Virus record (IMG/VR): IMGVR_UViG_3300027265_000007
Span: 1-38,569 of that record
DNA length: 38,569 nt
Source of the DNA: a virus
Lineage: Duplodnaviria > Caudoviricetes
Direction: 5' to 3' (one strand)
Below are positions 25,333 to 34,490 of this stretch, in pieces. A program made the translations under genes and the position numbers. Below the pieces are notes generated by a model, which worked only from the letters and a program-made list of their open reading frames with translations, did no database searches and was not told where the DNA came from. How positions within the stretch are numbered: the first letter of the stretch is position 1; the number at the start of each line of letters is the position of its first letter.

Positions 25333-27581
25333 CAGCCCACCCCCGCCAGTATGCCGAGGCTGAACTCAAGAAGGTCAGCCTGGTCCGGATCGGTCAGCCA
25401 TGCCGCTTTGCCAAGGGCCATATCATCAAACGCACACGTCAGGACTTCCAGATACCGGCCAGACACGTCACCGGCGTAGGACTTGCCCATGTACGGTTCT
25501 GGCCAGCGGTCCTTCCTGGCCCGTTCCCTTGGCCCGTAGCCACGGCCACCGGTCAGACTTCGCAGGGACACCAGCGGTTCCAGCGTTCCGTCAGGGCGTG
25601 AGCATCGGCGGTTGTAGAACGCTTCTTCAATGTCAAAGAAGCCAGGGATGGTGTTCTGCCAGTGGTGTGCCGTTTCGTGGACACCGGCGTTGCCCCCGTT
25701 GGCTGAACGGTTTGTCTTTCCGATCCTGGCCCACCGCTCAGACCCACGGTAGAAGCACCTTCCGCTGATCTGGGTGTAGCGGATAAGGCCGCCCTTCTGC
25801 CACCAGGACCTGGGGTAGAACGGGGCTATGGTGTCAAGGACCACCTTCCGGACCGGCTTGGTGGTGTTGTCCCATGGTATGTGCGATTCGTCGGCCCCAA
25901 AGGTCCTGACTTCGCCCAGGACTTCGTACCGCTTCAGGGACTTCTGGCGGATCAGGTCATCCAGTTCAGCCTGGGCAACCCTGCGCCGGTCCTGGATGCC
26001 GCCATAGTCGGCATCAGTCATGGTCTTCAGGTACTCCTGCTGAAGCCGCTTCTTCTCGGTCATCCAGTCGTCATACTCGGGGTGCTTGCCCAGCACGGCC
26101 CTCATCTTGGCCTGGTGGTCATCCAGTGCCGTCTTGGCCGCCAGGACCTTGCCACCACCGGCCTTGGACTGTTCATCGTCAATGGCCTTGAGCCGTGCCC
26201 GTGCCGCTTCTATCTCGGGCCCAAGGGCTGCCCCGCGCTTCTGGGCTTCCACTTCCACCATGTGGCCGATCCGCCGTGCCTGGACTTCGGCAGCCGTGTA
26301 GTCCGGTGCCTTCATCTGGTCCAGTTCGGCCTGGATTGCTTCGGCCTTGCCAGCCAGGTTCTCAAGGGTCTTCTGGGCACCGGCCAGGTTGTGTTCAGCG
26401 TTCCGTGCCGAATCCTCAAACCACTTACGGTCCTGATCGGTCCTGGCATCCTTGGCCATCAGCCTGGCTGACTTGACCCTGCCTTCATGGAACTGAACGT
26501 CCTGGACGGCCTTGGCCTGGGCCACCTTCATCCGTTCCAGGTCAGCCTTCTTCCGGTTGTAGGCTTCCGGATCGTCACCCATCAGGCCCTGAAGCGTGGC
26601 TGACTCAGCCCTGATGGCCTGGATGGGGTCACCGTCAACCGGCTTGGGTTCGATCTTGGCCACCGGCACGGGCTCAGTCTTGGGGTTCTTCTTCACGGAC
26701 CCTTCGCCCAGCTGTTCCTTCAGGGCTTCGATCTGGTCGTCAATGTCTGGGACGTGCGGGATCAGGTTGTGACGGCAGTTCGGATGCCACAGGCCACCGG
26801 CCCTGGCTTCATCCACCGTGGGATATGCGCCGTTGGATGACCCGTCCAGGTCCAGCAGCTTGCCCTGCCACGGGCCGCATATATCGCACGGTCCCTGGGC
26901 TGTGACGTGGTAGGACACTTCCCCCAGATGGACGCCACACTGGGCCAGGCGGTTGGCCGTGGCCTGTGTCTCGCACTCCCGAAGGATGGTCCTGGACGCC
27001 ATTTCGCTGTACCGGCGAAGGTCCCAGGCACGCCCCGACCGGTCTTCGAAGAAGAACAGGCCCTGTTCCCCAAGGGTTGCACGAAGGTTCCTGGCCATGG
27101 ACTGTGCCGTGTCCGCCCCCACAAGGGCAGACCTGGCAGCCTGGACCTGGGCCCGTTGGAAGTCGTCATCCACCCGCCGCCCTATTCGGGTGATGTGATC
27201 CCTGAACGGGCTGTAGGCGGCTTCGGCCAGCAGGTTGATGGATTCCAGGTGGATAGGGGCATCGAATCCAACCTGCCCCTTGATGGTGGCACCCAGGACC
27301 TTGGACAGCCGGTCATCACTGACTTCCATGGCCCCTTCGTAGACCGTCCTGGTGGACTCCTTGGACCAGTCCTTCACGGCCCCGTCCAGCGTTTCCAGGG
27401 TGGCCTTGATTTCCACCAGGATGGCAGCCAGCTTCCTGGCCGTGCCTTCGTTCTCGGCATCCAGGGCAGCGTTCAGCTTCTGGGTCACTTCGATCTGGGC
27501 GTCAGCCAGCAGCCGGTAGATTCGGGACTGTTCGGCGTTGGTCAGGTCCAGCAGCCTGTCTTCAGGTGTGCGTGGGGGCAT
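25332..27581 (-). CDS. minor capsid (MuF/Phage_min_cap2-like) protein with coiled coil and C-terminal HExxH domain
   Basis: DRSGRAWDL..Y.EM..RT, CDICGPWQGK, GLWHPNCRH in the first ~280 aa; VHETAHHWQ, PYMGKSY, YLEVL at the C-terminus; follows the portal gene. Confidence 0.85.
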   Translation of the reverse strand: MPPRTPEDRLLDLTNAEQSRIYRLLADAQIEVTQKLNAALDAENEGTARKLAAILVEIKATLETLDGAVKDWSKESTRTVYEGAMEVSDDRLSKVLGATIKGQVGFDAPIHLESINLLAEAAYSPFRDHITRIGRRVDDDFQRAQVQAARSALVGADTAQSMARNLRATLGEQGLFFFEDRSGRAWDLRRYSEMASRTILRECETQATANRLAQCGVHLGEVSYHVTAQGPCDICGPWQGKLLDLDGSSNGAYPTVDEARAGGLWHPNCRHNLIPHVPDIDDQIEALKEQLGEGSVKKNPKTEPVPVAKIEPKPVDGDPIQAIRAESATLQGLMGDDPEAYNRKKADLERMKVAQAKAVQDVQFHEGRVKSARLMAKDARTDQDRKWFEDSARNAEHNLAGAQKTLENLAGKAEAIQAELDQMKAPDYTAAEVQARRIGHMVEVEAQKRGAALGPEIEAARARLKAIDDEQSKAGGGKVLAAKTALDDHQAKMRAVLGKHPEYDDWMTEKKRLQQEYLKTMTDADYGGIQDRRRVAQAELDDLIRQKSLKRYEVLGEVRTFGADESHIPWDNTTKPVRKVVLDTIAPFYPRSWWQKGGLIRYTQISGRCFYRGSERWARIGKTNRSANGGNAGVHETAHHWQNTIPGFFDIEEAFYNRRCSRPDGTLEPLVSLRSLTGGRGYGPRERARKDRWPEPYMGKSYAGDVSGRYLEVLTCAFDDMALGKAAWLTDPDQADLLEFSLGILAGVG

Positions 27582-27591
27582 CAGCCGTCAC

Positions 27592-29136
27592 CTACTGCTG
27601 GGGCTTGTCAGGACCGGCCACGGGCTGTGCCTGTCCCGCCCTGGCCGCCGCCACAATCTGATCCGGTGTGGGTGGTGCAGGGGCCTTGGGCTGGTCACCG
27701 TCAATCGCCTTCAATTCGTCCTTCAGGGCGTCACCCTCAAGACCGTAGACAGCCCTGATAGCGGCTTCCTTGGACCGTAGCTTGGCCCCGAACATGGCGG
27801 TTTCAATGGTGGCGTCTTCGGCACGGTCCTGTGGCAGACCGTCCTTCCACTCCACTTCCACGGTGGTGATGGTCACGCCGTCCAGGGCGGCAGCAGCGTA
27901 GATGGCAGCCATCAGGGCTTCATCCAGGCTGTTCCGCATATCGGCCACCTTGAGCAGCGGGGCCATCATCAGACGCTTCAGGGCCGATCCGGACTCAGCC
28001 TGGGCCTGTTTGAACAAGGCGAAGGCAGCCGGTGAAGTCTCGGACAGGAGATACACCAGGTCCATGATGGTGTCGATCTCCCTGAAGGACGCTTCCAGGT
28101 TGCCGTCCCAGGTGATGTATTCGATCTTGGCTTCATCAGGAAGGCGGCCAAAGAACTTGCCGCCGATCTTGACGGTTGCCTGGCCCATCCCACCGCCACG
28201 CTGGGCGTTCGCCTGGGCCTGTGCAGCATGACCGGCAGCCGTGCCGCCGGTGACCATGTTGTTGGGGCCCTGAAGGTTCGGGTCAGCGTGTTTGTCCAGG
28301 ACGGCACTGATCTGGGACATACGGATTTCCACTTCATGGATCAGCCCGTCAATGTCCCTGTAGTCATCGGTGCCGTAGATGGAATCAGAAGTCAGCCCGT
28401 TCTGGGCGGGGTGCAGCAGCATGACGCCTTCGGGCAGGGTGGTGACGTTCTCGGCAATCAGGGTCTTCAATACCTTGCCGCTCATCACCCAGGTCTGTGT
28501 GACGAAGCGGCCAGGTTCGAAGACCTGGGCGTGGCAGTACCGGCGATTGACCGGCACACCCAGGACCTGTTCCCGCCTGGTTTCGATCCACGCCACCACA
28601 TGGCCGGTGATCTCGGTCACGTCGAACGGGTCAACGATGGGGAACCATCCACCGGCCACGTCACCGGCTTCCCCGATCAGGGGCGGCTGGGCCACGATCT
28701 TGGCCGGTTGGCCGTCCTTCTTCACGGCCTTGAGTAGCCCCACGCCGAAGCGGGACATATCCAGCACGTCTGACCCCAGGGCACTGACCAGGCGGCCCTT
28801 CTTCATCAGGTCATCACACCAGGGCTGTGCAGCGTCATCCACCTTGATGGTGGGGGGCTCAGACAGCATCAGGGACTTCCACAGGCGGGACAGGCGACGA
28901 TGGAAGTTGACCATCAGTTCCACCTGGGTGGCAGCGGTCAGCAGGTCATCGAACCTGGCCACCTTGCCCCAGTCGCCATACGCCTGATCGTGTTCCCCGT
29001 CCCACAGACGCTTGTTCTGGGCCATCCGGTCAAGGCGGCCCAGCTTCTGGTTCCTGCCGGTCTGTACTTCGCCTGGGGGTGGGAACTGGACACCAGGTGC
29101 CAGTATCTGTTCCAGGCTTGTGATGAAGTGTGCCAT
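27592..29136 (-). CDS. portal protein (SPP1 gp6-like)
   Basis: LWDGEH, VNFHRRLS, YGTDDY, LDKHADP, EYITWDGNL, ESGSALK, WKDGLP; follows terL. Confidence 0.92.
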   Translation of the reverse strand: MAHFITSLEQILAPGVQFPPPGEVQTGRNQKLGRLDRMAQNKRLWDGEHDQAYGDWGKVARFDDLLTAATQVELMVNFHRRLSRLWKSLMLSEPPTIKVDDAAQPWCDDLMKKGRLVSALGSDVLDMSRFGVGLLKAVKKDGQPAKIVAQPPLIGEAGDVAGGWFPIVDPFDVTEITGHVVAWIETRREQVLGVPVNRRYCHAQVFEPGRFVTQTWVMSGKVLKTLIAENVTTLPEGVMLLHPAQNGLTSDSIYGTDDYRDIDGLIHEVEIRMSQISAVLDKHADPNLQGPNNMVTGGTAAGHAAQAQANAQRGGGMGQATVKIGGKFFGRLPDEAKIEYITWDGNLEASFREIDTIMDLVYLLSETSPAAFALFKQAQAESGSALKRLMMAPLLKVADMRNSLDEALMAAIYAAAALDGVTITTVEVEWKDGLPQDRAEDATIETAMFGAKLRSKEAAIRAVYGLEGDALKDELKAIDGDQPKAPAPPTPDQIVAAARAGQAQPVAGPDKPQQ

Positions 29137-29144
29137 GGTGCCCC

Positions 29145-30368
29145 CTACAGTCCTGCCGGTTTGTCCGTGACCACGCCCCCCACGCCACGCTTGGAGTGGG
29201 TAAACACGCCATACCGCAGGGCATCCATGGCGTGATCGTGCAACTTCAGGGGCTTGTCTTCGCCCTTCTTCTGGGCCGTTTCATCCCAGATGTAGGCGGC
29301 AAACTCCCGCTGCACGTTCTCACACTCAGGTGCCACCAGCAGCGTTCCACCTGCCAGTTTACTGCTGACCACCCTGATTCCGTCCAGCACATCGTTGTCA
29401 GCCTTCATCACACGCCACCCACGCTGCCGAAGTTCGGCTATGAATGACGCTGCCGAAGGGTCAACCATCAGCATGTTCGGGATCAGGCCGTTCAGCCACT
29501 TCAGCAGGTCATCGGCGTATTCGGCATCCGTCTTCTGCCGTCGCTGCTTGGCACTGTCCCAGTAGTATTCACGAAGGCACCAGACACGGCCCTGGAAGTC
29601 CTGGCCCATCAGCAGGAACACGCACGGGTTGGACGTGCCGTAGTCACATGCCACCCAGAACGAACTGAACTGGTCCAGGGCCGGTGGTTCCTTGACGTGC
29701 ATGACCGGCTGGAACTGGCTGTAGATGACGCCTTCAGCCAGAACCCACTTGCCTTCGATGAACCGCTGGTAGAACAGGCCCGAATACAGGGACTTCAGCG
29801 ATTCCTTGTATTCGTCGTCCAGGGCGGGGTTGTCGTCCAGTTCGAAGTGCCACCGCTTCAGGATGCCCTTGTCCAGCAGTTCCTGGTTCTCTAGGTACTC
29901 CTGCAACGCCCAGTGGTAGGGGTTGTCTGGGTTCATGGTCCAGAACGCCTTGGACCCAGGGATAGACATTCGGGACAGGGCCATCCGGACGGCATCAACG
30001 GGGTACAGGGTGACTTCATCAGCCAACCAGCCGCCCACGGTCATACCACGGATTCTGGATTCGGCCTTGGCATCGTTCAGGCCCACAACGTAGACCAGGG
30101 CGTTGCCGATCCCCAGGTGACCACGGCCCTGGTTCAGCCAGCGAACGGCGGGGGTCATGTCCATCAGGGGCTGGATGACGTTACGCCCCACGGTGTCAAA
30201 CGTCTTGCCGGTCAGCAGGAACGGTCCCCGCTGTGTCTGGGTGAACTCTAGCCACCGAACGTCACATGACCAGGACTTGCCTGACCTGACCGCCCCATCG
30301 GCGGCGTTGATCCTGGCGTCACTGTTCAGCAGGAAGTCCATCTGCTTGGGGCTCAGGTCCAGCGTCAT
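29145..30368 (-). CDS. terL: terminase large subunit (PBSX family)
   Basis: Walker A GAVRSGKS, IRGMT...ADEV, TMNPDNPYHW, DDNP.L, DYGTSNP, VDPSAASF, DHAMDALRY. Confidence 0.96.
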   Translation of the reverse strand: MTLDLSPKQMDFLLNSDARINAADGAVRSGKSWSCDVRWLEFTQTQRGPFLLTGKTFDTVGRNVIQPLMDMTPAVRWLNQGRGHLGIGNALVYVVGLNDAKAESRIRGMTVGGWLADEVTLYPVDAVRMALSRMSIPGSKAFWTMNPDNPYHWALQEYLENQELLDKGILKRWHFELDDNPALDDEYKESLKSLYSGLFYQRFIEGKWVLAEGVIYSQFQPVMHVKEPPALDQFSSFWVACDYGTSNPCVFLLMGQDFQGRVWCLREYYWDSAKQRRQKTDAEYADDLLKWLNGLIPNMLMVDPSAASFIAELRQRGWRVMKADNDVLDGIRVVSSKLAGGTLLVAPECENVQREFAAYIWDETAQKKGEDKPLKLHDHAMDALRYGVFTHSKRGVGGVVTDKPAGL

Positions 30369-31057
30369 GCTGCACCGGCCTTCTGCTTGGACTGGGCGTC
30401 CCTGGCCGCCTTGATGGCGTCCACCAGGGCGTCCAGGCTGCCGCCTTCGTTGCCTTCGGCACGGCTACGGCCCCAGCGGTCAGGGTGCTTGCGCTCTAGG
30501 AACCACGCCGATCCCTGCCAGCCGAACCCGCCTGACCGGACTTCGGCCAAGGCTGCCATTTCGCCCATGGCGTCAGCCTGTTCCGTGACCATGGCGAACT
30601 TCAGATACAGCAGGTCAGCCTTCGTGCGCTTGGATGGCGGCTTGGCTTCGGCCTTGATGCCCTTGTCAATCCAGGCGTACCAGGTCCGTTCCTTGATGCC
30701 CAGGGCCTTCATCACCGTGGTGTTGTAGGCACCCAGGGCCAGCCCACGGGCAACTTCAAGGATCAGGTCATCAGACAGCTTGGTGGGGCGTCCTGGCGTC
30801 CGCTTGCACAGGTCCGCTATCGGATCGGGCCGGTCCTTCTTGCCCTTGTCGGGCTCATGGCTGCTGTGATCTGCCGGTGCTTCCGTCCTGGTGCGTTCAT
30901 CAGCCAGCACGGGAAGAAGGTCAGCCGAACAGTGGGGGCACTTCGCTGGGTAGGCCACATGGGTCTTCGTGGATTCAGGAAGACGGGCCACACGCTTCTT
31001 GCACTTCGGGCACATGACCCGTGGTGATGTTGTCTTGGTCTTCTGGCGTTCTGCCAT
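30365..31057 (-). CDS. terS: terminase small subunit with N-terminal Zn ribbon
   Basis: GRPTKL, HTH ALGIKERTWYAW, WQGSAWFLERKHPDRWG; ATGA overlap with terL; CPKC...CPHC at the N-terminus. Confidence 0.8.
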   Translation of the reverse strand: MAERQKTKTTSPRVMCPKCKKRVARLPESTKTHVAYPAKCPHCSADLLPVLADERTRTEAPADHSSHEPDKGKKDRPDPIADLCKRTPGRPTKLSDDLILEVARGLALGAYNTTVMKALGIKERTWYAWIDKGIKAEAKPPSKRTKADLLYLKFAMVTEQADAMGEMAALAEVRSGGFGWQGSAWFLERKHPDRWGRSRAEGNEGGSLDALVDAIKAARDAQSKQKAGAA

Positions 31058-31144
31058 TCCGGTTCCTGTCTCAGACAGTCAAGGCCCGAAGGCCCCAGGG
31101 AAGTCCCCTGGTCTACCCCCGCCCGTTGGCGGTTCACAGGTACA

Positions 31145-31181
31145 TGTCTACATCAGGAACGCCGGTCCGCTGCACTGTGCT
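31145..31181 (-). promoter_or_regulatory. candidate phage late promoter (copy upstream of terS)
   Basis: AGCACAGTGCAGC-N18-TAGACA; the 13-mer is identical to the copy at 22580-22592. Confidence 0.6.
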
Positions 31182-31188
31182 GATACGC

Positions 31189-31236
31189 AAAGGACCCCAG
31201 CCCCCGCCAGGATCGGCGGCCTTCGGGGCTGGGGTC
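31189..31236 (-). terminator. terminator-like hairpin closing the middle-gene transcript
   Basis: Perfect 12-bp inverted repeat GACCCCAGCCCC (31193-31204)/GGGGCTGGGGTC (31225-31236) followed by CTTT. Confidence 0.6.
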
Positions 31237-31281
31237 ATGCTCATTTCACGGCTTCGGGCTCAGGCCCTGGCCGGTGCTGCC

Positions 31282-31935
31282 TTATGCCGTCAGCTGTGCC
31301 CTGGCATATTCCGTATAGGACGGGTCAATGTCGAACCCAAGGGCACGGCGGCCATTGTCCACAGCAGCCTTCAGGATGGTCCCGCTACCGGCGAACGGGT
31401 CAATAACCAGCTGCCCAGGCTCAGTGGTGGTCAGGATGACACGCCTAGCCAGTTCATAGGGAATCGGACACGGGTGTGGGTTGTCGGCTTTGCTGACGTT
31501 CTTGACCTGGTTGATTTCCCACCAGTCATACAGCCGTGCCCGTTTCCCAGCAGCGATCCTGGCCGCAATCCGCTTGTCAGTTGGGTTCTTGTAATCCTGC
31601 CCAACACGCCGAAGGTCCGGTATCGCCCCCCCCCACCATGACACCAGCCGTGACTGTTTCGCCGTGTTCGATGGGTAGACCCACGAAACCACCTGGCTGC
31701 ACTGGCCAAGGATGGGGCCCAGAAGGTTGATGGTTTCCTCTGGGTAGTGGATGACACACGCCCGACGCCCAGCGAAGGCCGCCCGTATCAACTCGGCATA
31801 GTCATCCTGATGAAGCTGGTCCCTGTAGGCATCGTAATGATAGCCCTGGTTATACGGCGGGTCCGAGAATACCAACGCCGAAGGTTCGAACCGGTCAAGG
31901 TGCTGGCGGAAGTCGCCGTCTATCACTTCCCACAT
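31282..31935 (-). CDS. DNA N4-cytosine/N6-adenine methyltransferase (beta class), orphan
   Basis: Catalytic FSDPPY near the N-terminus, HPCPIP, SAM-binding VIDPFAGSGT and GFDI near the C-terminus. Confidence 0.93.
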   Translation of the reverse strand: MWEVIDGDFRQHLDRFEPSALVFSDPPYNQGYHYDAYRDQLHQDDYAELIRAAFAGRRACVIHYPEETINLLGPILGQCSQVVSWVYPSNTAKQSRLVSWWGGAIPDLRRVGQDYKNPTDKRIAARIAAGKRARLYDWWEINQVKNVSKADNPHPCPIPYELARRVILTTTEPGQLVIDPFAGSGTILKAAVDNGRRALGFDIDPSYTEYARAQLTA

Positions 31936-31977
31936 GTCGCTTGTCCCTTCCCAGGTGGATGCTTGTGGGTGATTGTA

Positions 31978-32394
31978 TCAGCCATCTGAAGGGTCAGCAA
32001 CCAGCCCGTAATAGCCACGCTCGGCGTTCTTCTCCAAGACCATCAGCCTGGCGTTGTTCAGCACTTCGGGCCCGTAGCGGTCCACCAGCAGCCGTTCCAG
32101 GGTTTCGATGGAGTGGTGCAGGTCCAGCAGTTCCAGCAGCCACATACCGTTCTTGGACTTCTCCGGATCGGCCAGGTCATCGGCCAGTTCCTTGGCTTCA
32201 CTGAAGACGTGGGTGATCTGGTCTTCCACGCTGTTGTCAGCGAAGGCCAGCAGGGCAGGGAAGCCCATGGGGATGTGGCAGCCAGGAATGGCGTTCTGCT
32301 TCCAGTGGGCCAGCCGGTCATTGGCCATATCGGCCTTGATGGCTTCGGACTCCACTTTGGCCTTGTGCTTGGACAGGTCCAGCAGTTCAGCCAT
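31978..32394 (-). CDS. MazG-like all-alpha NTP pyrophosphohydrolase family protein
   Basis: Start moved to MAELLD. Q..H..SEAKEL, ELLDL....ET, EKNAERGYY acidic helical pattern. Confidence 0.5.
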   Translation of the reverse strand: MAELLDLSKHKAKVESEAIKADMANDRLAHWKQNAIPGCHIPMGFPALLAFADNSVEDQITHVFSEAKELADDLADPEKSKNGMWLLELLDLHHSIETLERLLVDRYGPEVLNNARLMVLEKNAERGYYGLVADPSDG

Positions 32395-32734
32395 TGTCCA
32401 CCGTCCGGTACTCGGCATAGCCGCCCACTTCGGCACGGGCCTGAAGTTCGGCCAGCAACTCAGCCGTGGTGGCCATGCCCAGGTTCGGGCCCATCTTCGC
32501 CACCATGCGTTCAATGGCGGCTTCCGCTTCGGTGGTGGCGTTCAGGCGATCGGCCACGGTCATGGCTTCGTCTTGAGTCCAGCCAGGCGTACCTTTGGCA
32601 GCGTACATCTGCCCGTCCTTGGTGACCCACCACAGACCATCAGCCCCGCCCTGTGACGGGCCCTTGGTTGCACAGTCATGGCAGTTGCAGAACACCACGC
32701 TGAACGGCCCTTGATTCGTCCCTGTCTCAGCCAT
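32387..32734 (-). CDS. hypothetical protein with CxCxxC motif
   Basis: RBS GGGAAGGAAG; overlaps both neighbours. Confidence 0.7.
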   Translation of the reverse strand: MAETGTNQGPFSVVFCNCHDCATKGPSQGGADGLWWVTKDGQMYAAKGTPGWTQDEAMTVADRLNATTEAEAAIERMVAKMGPNLGMATTAELLAELQARAEVGGYAEYRTVDNG

Positions 32735-32921
32735 CGTTCTTCCTTCCCAGTTGAATCTTCAGGTTCCGCCAATACAGGTGGCAGAACACCCAGACCTTGC
32801 CCATCCAGTTTACACGGGGCGGTTGGCTGTGCCAATCAATACACCAGGACGGCGGGAACGGTACGCCTGGCGTGGGTCCGTCCTTCCTGGCGTCCAGGGG
32901 TTCGATCATATCTGCCACCAC
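32727..32921 (-). CDS. hypothetical protein (64 aa)
   Basis: Fills the gap with short overlaps. Confidence 0.5.
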   Translation of the reverse strand: MVADMIEPLDARKDGPTPGVPFPPSWCIDWHSQPPRVNWMGKVWVFCHLYWRNLKIQLGRKNDG

Positions 32922-33127
32922 TTGAGCCCATGGGCCGTGTCCATGGCCATGTAGTCACACTTCGGGCATCCGTTCTTGACCCGTAGTGACCATGGCTTCA
33001 GGTCCTTCCGCTTGCCAACCCACCCACAGTGGGTGCAGACGAATGACCGGTTGAAGTACCGCCACGCCTTGTTCCCGTACCAGCCCAAGACACAGCCCAG
33101 GAAGGATGCCACCACGGCGGTCATCAT
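32906..33127 (-). CDS. small membrane-anchored Zn-finger protein
   Basis: N-terminal hydrophobic segment, CTHC...CPKC; ATGA overlap. Confidence 0.6.
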   Translation of the reverse strand: MMTAVVASFLGCVLGWYGNKAWRYFNRSFVCTHCGWVGKRKDLKPWSLRVKNGCPKCDYMAMDTAHGLKWWQI

Positions 33128-33279
33128 CGGTTCCGCTTCCTGGACTTCTTGGCCATCTTGGACCGTGCCTTGGCCTTGGCGGCCACCTTGGCGGACTTGT
33201 GGCCGCTGGCACTCGGATGGGCGTTGGCTGCCTGGGCGGCTGCTATGGATGCCGCCACCAGGCTCATTCGTGCGTTCAT
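33124..33279 (-). CDS. small basic protein (51 aa)
   Basis: TGATG overlap; ends KAKARSKMAKKSRKRNR. Confidence 0.6.
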   Translation of the reverse strand: MNARMSLVAASIAAAQAANAHPSASGHKSAKVAAKAKARSKMAKKSRKRNR

Positions 33280-33587
33280 CAGCCCACCATCTTCTTGGAC
33301 GTGGACCACCTGGCAGCGAACGTGGCCCACATCCGACGCTTGCCAGCCCAGAACTTGCGCCACCGGAACCGGATGAACTCAGGCGTGGTCATGGCCGCCT
33401 TCAGACCGGCCATCAGTGCCTTGTGATCGGACCCGCAGTTGATGTGGGCCCCGTACACCGTGCCGTTCCACTGATCGGTGACGTACATGGCCGGTTGCCG
33501 CCGTGGGATCGGCTTCCCGCAGACCACACAGATTGACGTGTGGGTGCCCACCTTCCGACGCCTGGCCCTACGCTGTTCCCTGCTCAC
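33279..33587 (-). CDS. hypothetical Zn-binding protein (CxxC...HxxC)
   Basis: Start moved to GTG 33587 behind GGAAGGTGA; CVVCGKPI, AHINC. Confidence 0.65.
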   Translation of the reverse strand: MSREQRRARRRKVGTHTSICVVCGKPIPRRQPAMYVTDQWNGTVYGAHINCGSDHKALMAGLKAAMTTPEFIRFRWRKFWAGKRRMWATFAARWSTSKKMVG

Positions 33588-33754
33588 GTCTTCACCTTCC
33601 GCCAATTGCCGTATGGGGCAACAACACAACCAACGCCGTCCAGCAGCACCAGGACGTTCCGTGGCCCAGGACCACAGCCCTGGGCCATCTTGAGTCCGGT
33701 CAGCCCGTACCACGGGTGGCTGTGGTCACGGTTGACGTACTGAAGGATCGTCAC
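33584..33754 (-). CDS. small hypothetical protein (56 aa), below the ORF-track cutoff
   Basis: Hand translation MTILQYVNRDHSHPWYGLTG...GPGPRNVLVLLDG...VAPYGNWRKVKT*, with GTGA overlaps at both ends. Confidence 0.65.
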   Translation of the reverse strand: MTILQYVNRDHSHPWYGLTGLKMAQGCGPGPRNVLVLLDGVGCVVAPYGNWRKVKT

Positions 33755-33987
33755 ACCAGCCGCCCTTCATCGTCATACCGGTCAGCTGGAACCGCCACCA
33801 TCAGTTCATTATTCAGCGTTCTGACACGATGGCCAGGCAGCCGCTGTGACTTCATGCTGGTGACGGCACTTCCAGCCAGCGTCACCCGCCTGGCCTGTCC
33901 AAACTCCCCGCTGAATCGCCCAACATCACCGTACCTTGCCCCACGGCCAAGGATCGGGCAGCGAATCCACTTCATGCGGACGCTCAC
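33751..33987 (-). CDS. hypothetical protein
   Basis: GTGA overlap with the upstream stop; RBS GAAGGGGG. Confidence 0.55.
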   Translation of the reverse strand: MSVRMKWIRCPILGRGARYGDVGRFSGEFGQARRVTLAGSAVTSMKSQRLPGHRVRTLNNELMVAVPADRYDDEGRLV

Positions 33988-34490
33988 ACTAGCCCCCTTC
34001 GTATGGCTTCCCTGGCTGCCAGGTCCACAATGTCCCGCCACATGCCATGGAAGCTGTTGCGGCTGACCAGGAAGTATCCTTCAGCCGGTTTGCCGGTGAC
34101 CGCTGCCACTTCCATGGGGTAGCGTACCTGCACGGGCCCAACCCAGCCACGCCGTCCACGGTAGTTCCGGTACTGACGGCGAAGGCGAAGGACCACCAGC
34201 AGGTTGGGTGCTGATGATCCCAGCATGGCTTCAAAGTCCTTGACGAACATCAGCCAGGGTTCACGCTGGGCCAGTTCGGCCAGCTTCAGACCCTTGGCTT
34301 CAGTGGCACTGGTCTTCCCGCCGCGCTGTCCGCCAACCATGACCGTCCTGGACTTGCCGCCCATGACTTCTTCCCTGGCGGCTTCGTAGGCCAGCAGCCG
34401 GTCTTCCCAGAACAGCAGCCAGCCTTCAACGGCTTGGTTCTCCTTGGTCCTGATCCCCACCACGTCAGGCGTCATGGTCACCACGTCCAA
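33984..34490 (-). CDS. putative phage late-transcription regulator (ArpU/RinA-like)
   Basis: WLL..EDR..AYE..REE, TSATEAKGLKLAEL, WL.FV and a C-terminal HTH-like segment resemble Firmicutes phage activators; located upstream of the packaging module. Confidence 0.5.
   Translation of the reverse strand: MDVVTMTPDVVGIRTKENQAVEGWLLFWEDRLLAYEAAREEVMGGKSRTVMVGGQRGGKTSATEAKGLKLAELAQREPWLMFVKDFEAMLGSSAPNLLVVLRLRRQYRNYRGRRGWVGPVQVRYPMEVAAVTGKPAEGYFLVSRNSFHGMWRDIVDLAAREAIRRGLV

Noticed and set aside
33547-33556. GGAAGGTGGG copy inside a coding region
   Set aside because: Only 10 nt, encodes RKVG, and no start codon follows at RBS spacing.
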